From NCBI GenBank assembly GCA_046563655.1, contig CM102285.1, forward strand, positions 4,588,001-4,652,000: a stretch of 64,000 nt of DNA, written 5' to 3'. The stretch comes from Yuukianura sp. NJ FZ-2021 (lineage: Eukaryota). This document shows positions 62,767 to 64,000 of the stretch, piece after piece. Below the pieces are notes generated by a model. It did no database searches and had not been told where the DNA came from. It worked only from the letters and a program-made list of their open reading frames with translations. Position 1 is the stretch's first letter, and the number at the start of each line of letters is the position of its first letter. The translations under genes were made by a program, and so were the position numbers.

Positions 62767-64000
62767 TTATTCTTGTCGTATTTCAACAACAATTGATTTG
62801 GCAGCCAAGTCATACATAGTCCGTTGATGTTCAAATTGGAAGAGCGTGAAGCAGAAGGGGAAGAGAATTGCTAGACTCAAGTTCTTTATGCAGGAGCGAA
62901 GGAGTGCCCTCTGGAACGGAAGAAAGGAGCCAGGAGAAACTAGAACTCGAGTTGCCGGAAGTCCACCGGCGTAAAACTGGATGTTGACGTTGTTATTTTG
63001 GTACATGTCGGCGGAGATGGGTATCACTTGGTTACTGCAGTCCAAGACTCTCAAACGCATGAATCCTTTTCCTGGAGTTGCACCGCCTTTGAACAAGCAG
63101 TACGTCTGTAAAGATTAAACAAAAAGTTAAGACGTCTAACAAAAGGAATTGGCAGATAATGGAACAGTGAGAGATGTTTTCAAATGTACCTCAAAAAAAC
63201 AAACAATAATACGGTGAGTAACTTCGAGTACGAACAATTCCCAAGAAATCGTCATTGCCAGTTCGATGAGGTCTCCAGATTCCTGTAAAGCTTCCAAATC
63301 CACGTTCTCGAGGTTTCTTGAAATTATAAACGGCAAATGAGTTATTACTAAGTTTGAACCATTCAAATTCATTAAAAGATTAATTTCAAATAAGTTTTTA
63401 AAGTCATACATGAGTTCAAAATTCTCGATGATGGAAAACGTAACAAAGAGTTTGACCACCAGGAGGAGTAGAAAGTCAATACATTCTGCGACGACTCTTT
63501 TCCACAGGGGAGCGATATTAAAATCTATATCGAAAGTAAAACATAGTAAGTTTACAGAAACCACGACTAGCACATAGGGTTTTCAAGCAGTTGAAATAGA
63601 ATAATCTTACCAAATGCAATGTTGTTCTGATTTGTTCGGATTCCGCGAACCAAAAAACGTCTGTATTGTGGATTTTGCATATTGAGGTTTGGCTCGACCA
63701 CATTGTTGTTGTTCAAACCCCGGAAATTCAGATTGTAGAACTCGCGACCAGGAAGGTTTGCATTTTGGGGTACAGAGGATGAGGAAGACGTCTGCATTCC
63801 GCGATGCCAAGGATACATCATTCCAAGGGCAGTGTAGTAAGCCGAAACTGCGCATTCTCTCTGCCAATATGCTCTTCCTAGCCAGTTTTCAAGCTGCTTG
63901 CAGTATTCTGCCATGTTTCCGTTATATGGTTTATATTCCATCACTGGATATTGCGAAGGTGGGATGGTAGAGTCGCTGTCTGTAGCTTGACTGGAAGAGC
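62767..64000 (-). CDS. FAM8A1: FAM8A1 homologue (RDD domain; HRD1 ERAD cofactor), 5'-partial
   Basis: EYCKQLENWL..AY, F.IAPLWKRVVAECIDF, HRIIVCFFE, GATPGK.FM.LRV, RALLRS.IKN.S.A.LFP.CF, RT.YD.AAKSIVVE. The frame stays open to the window end. Confidence 0.92.

Overview
AT-rich, gene-dense eukaryotic DNA with many short spliceosomal introns. It is an invertebrate, very probably an arthropod; a springtail-like hexapod is an inference from protein style only. The left half is a ~13.2-13.6 kb tandem segmental duplication (~2587-15819 and ~19686-33259) separated by a ~3.9 kb spacer that carries a 158-bp satellite. Each unit holds a class C GPCR with no Venus-flytrap domain (-), an alpha-amylase (+) and an unusual chimeric receptor (+). 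The chimera has a Gyc76C/natriuretic-receptor-type guanylyl-cyclase ectodomain and TM helix spliced in frame to a PVR/VEGFR-like tyrosine kinase with intact catalytic motifs, and it has no cyclase domain. The second receptor copy has a 5-nt duplication that stops translation just before the TM helix, so it is a pseudogene or a soluble decoy. The other genes are: a CAP/GAPR-1-like gene, a DM4/DM12-like fragment, POLR1D/RPAC2, a DPP4-family peptidase, ATG10 tightly linked to a WD40-less Gemin5-TPR-like gene, a solitary intron-containing histone H1, a Pmp3/RCI2 proteolipid, a degenerate HD-fold protein, a divergent ENY2 with a long charged tail, a small TM protein and FAM8A1. Several MITE/foldback elements and a 213-bp tandem array are also present. 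Gene models were assembled by eye from splice sites and reading frames; no database searches were run, and family calls rest on recalled motifs.
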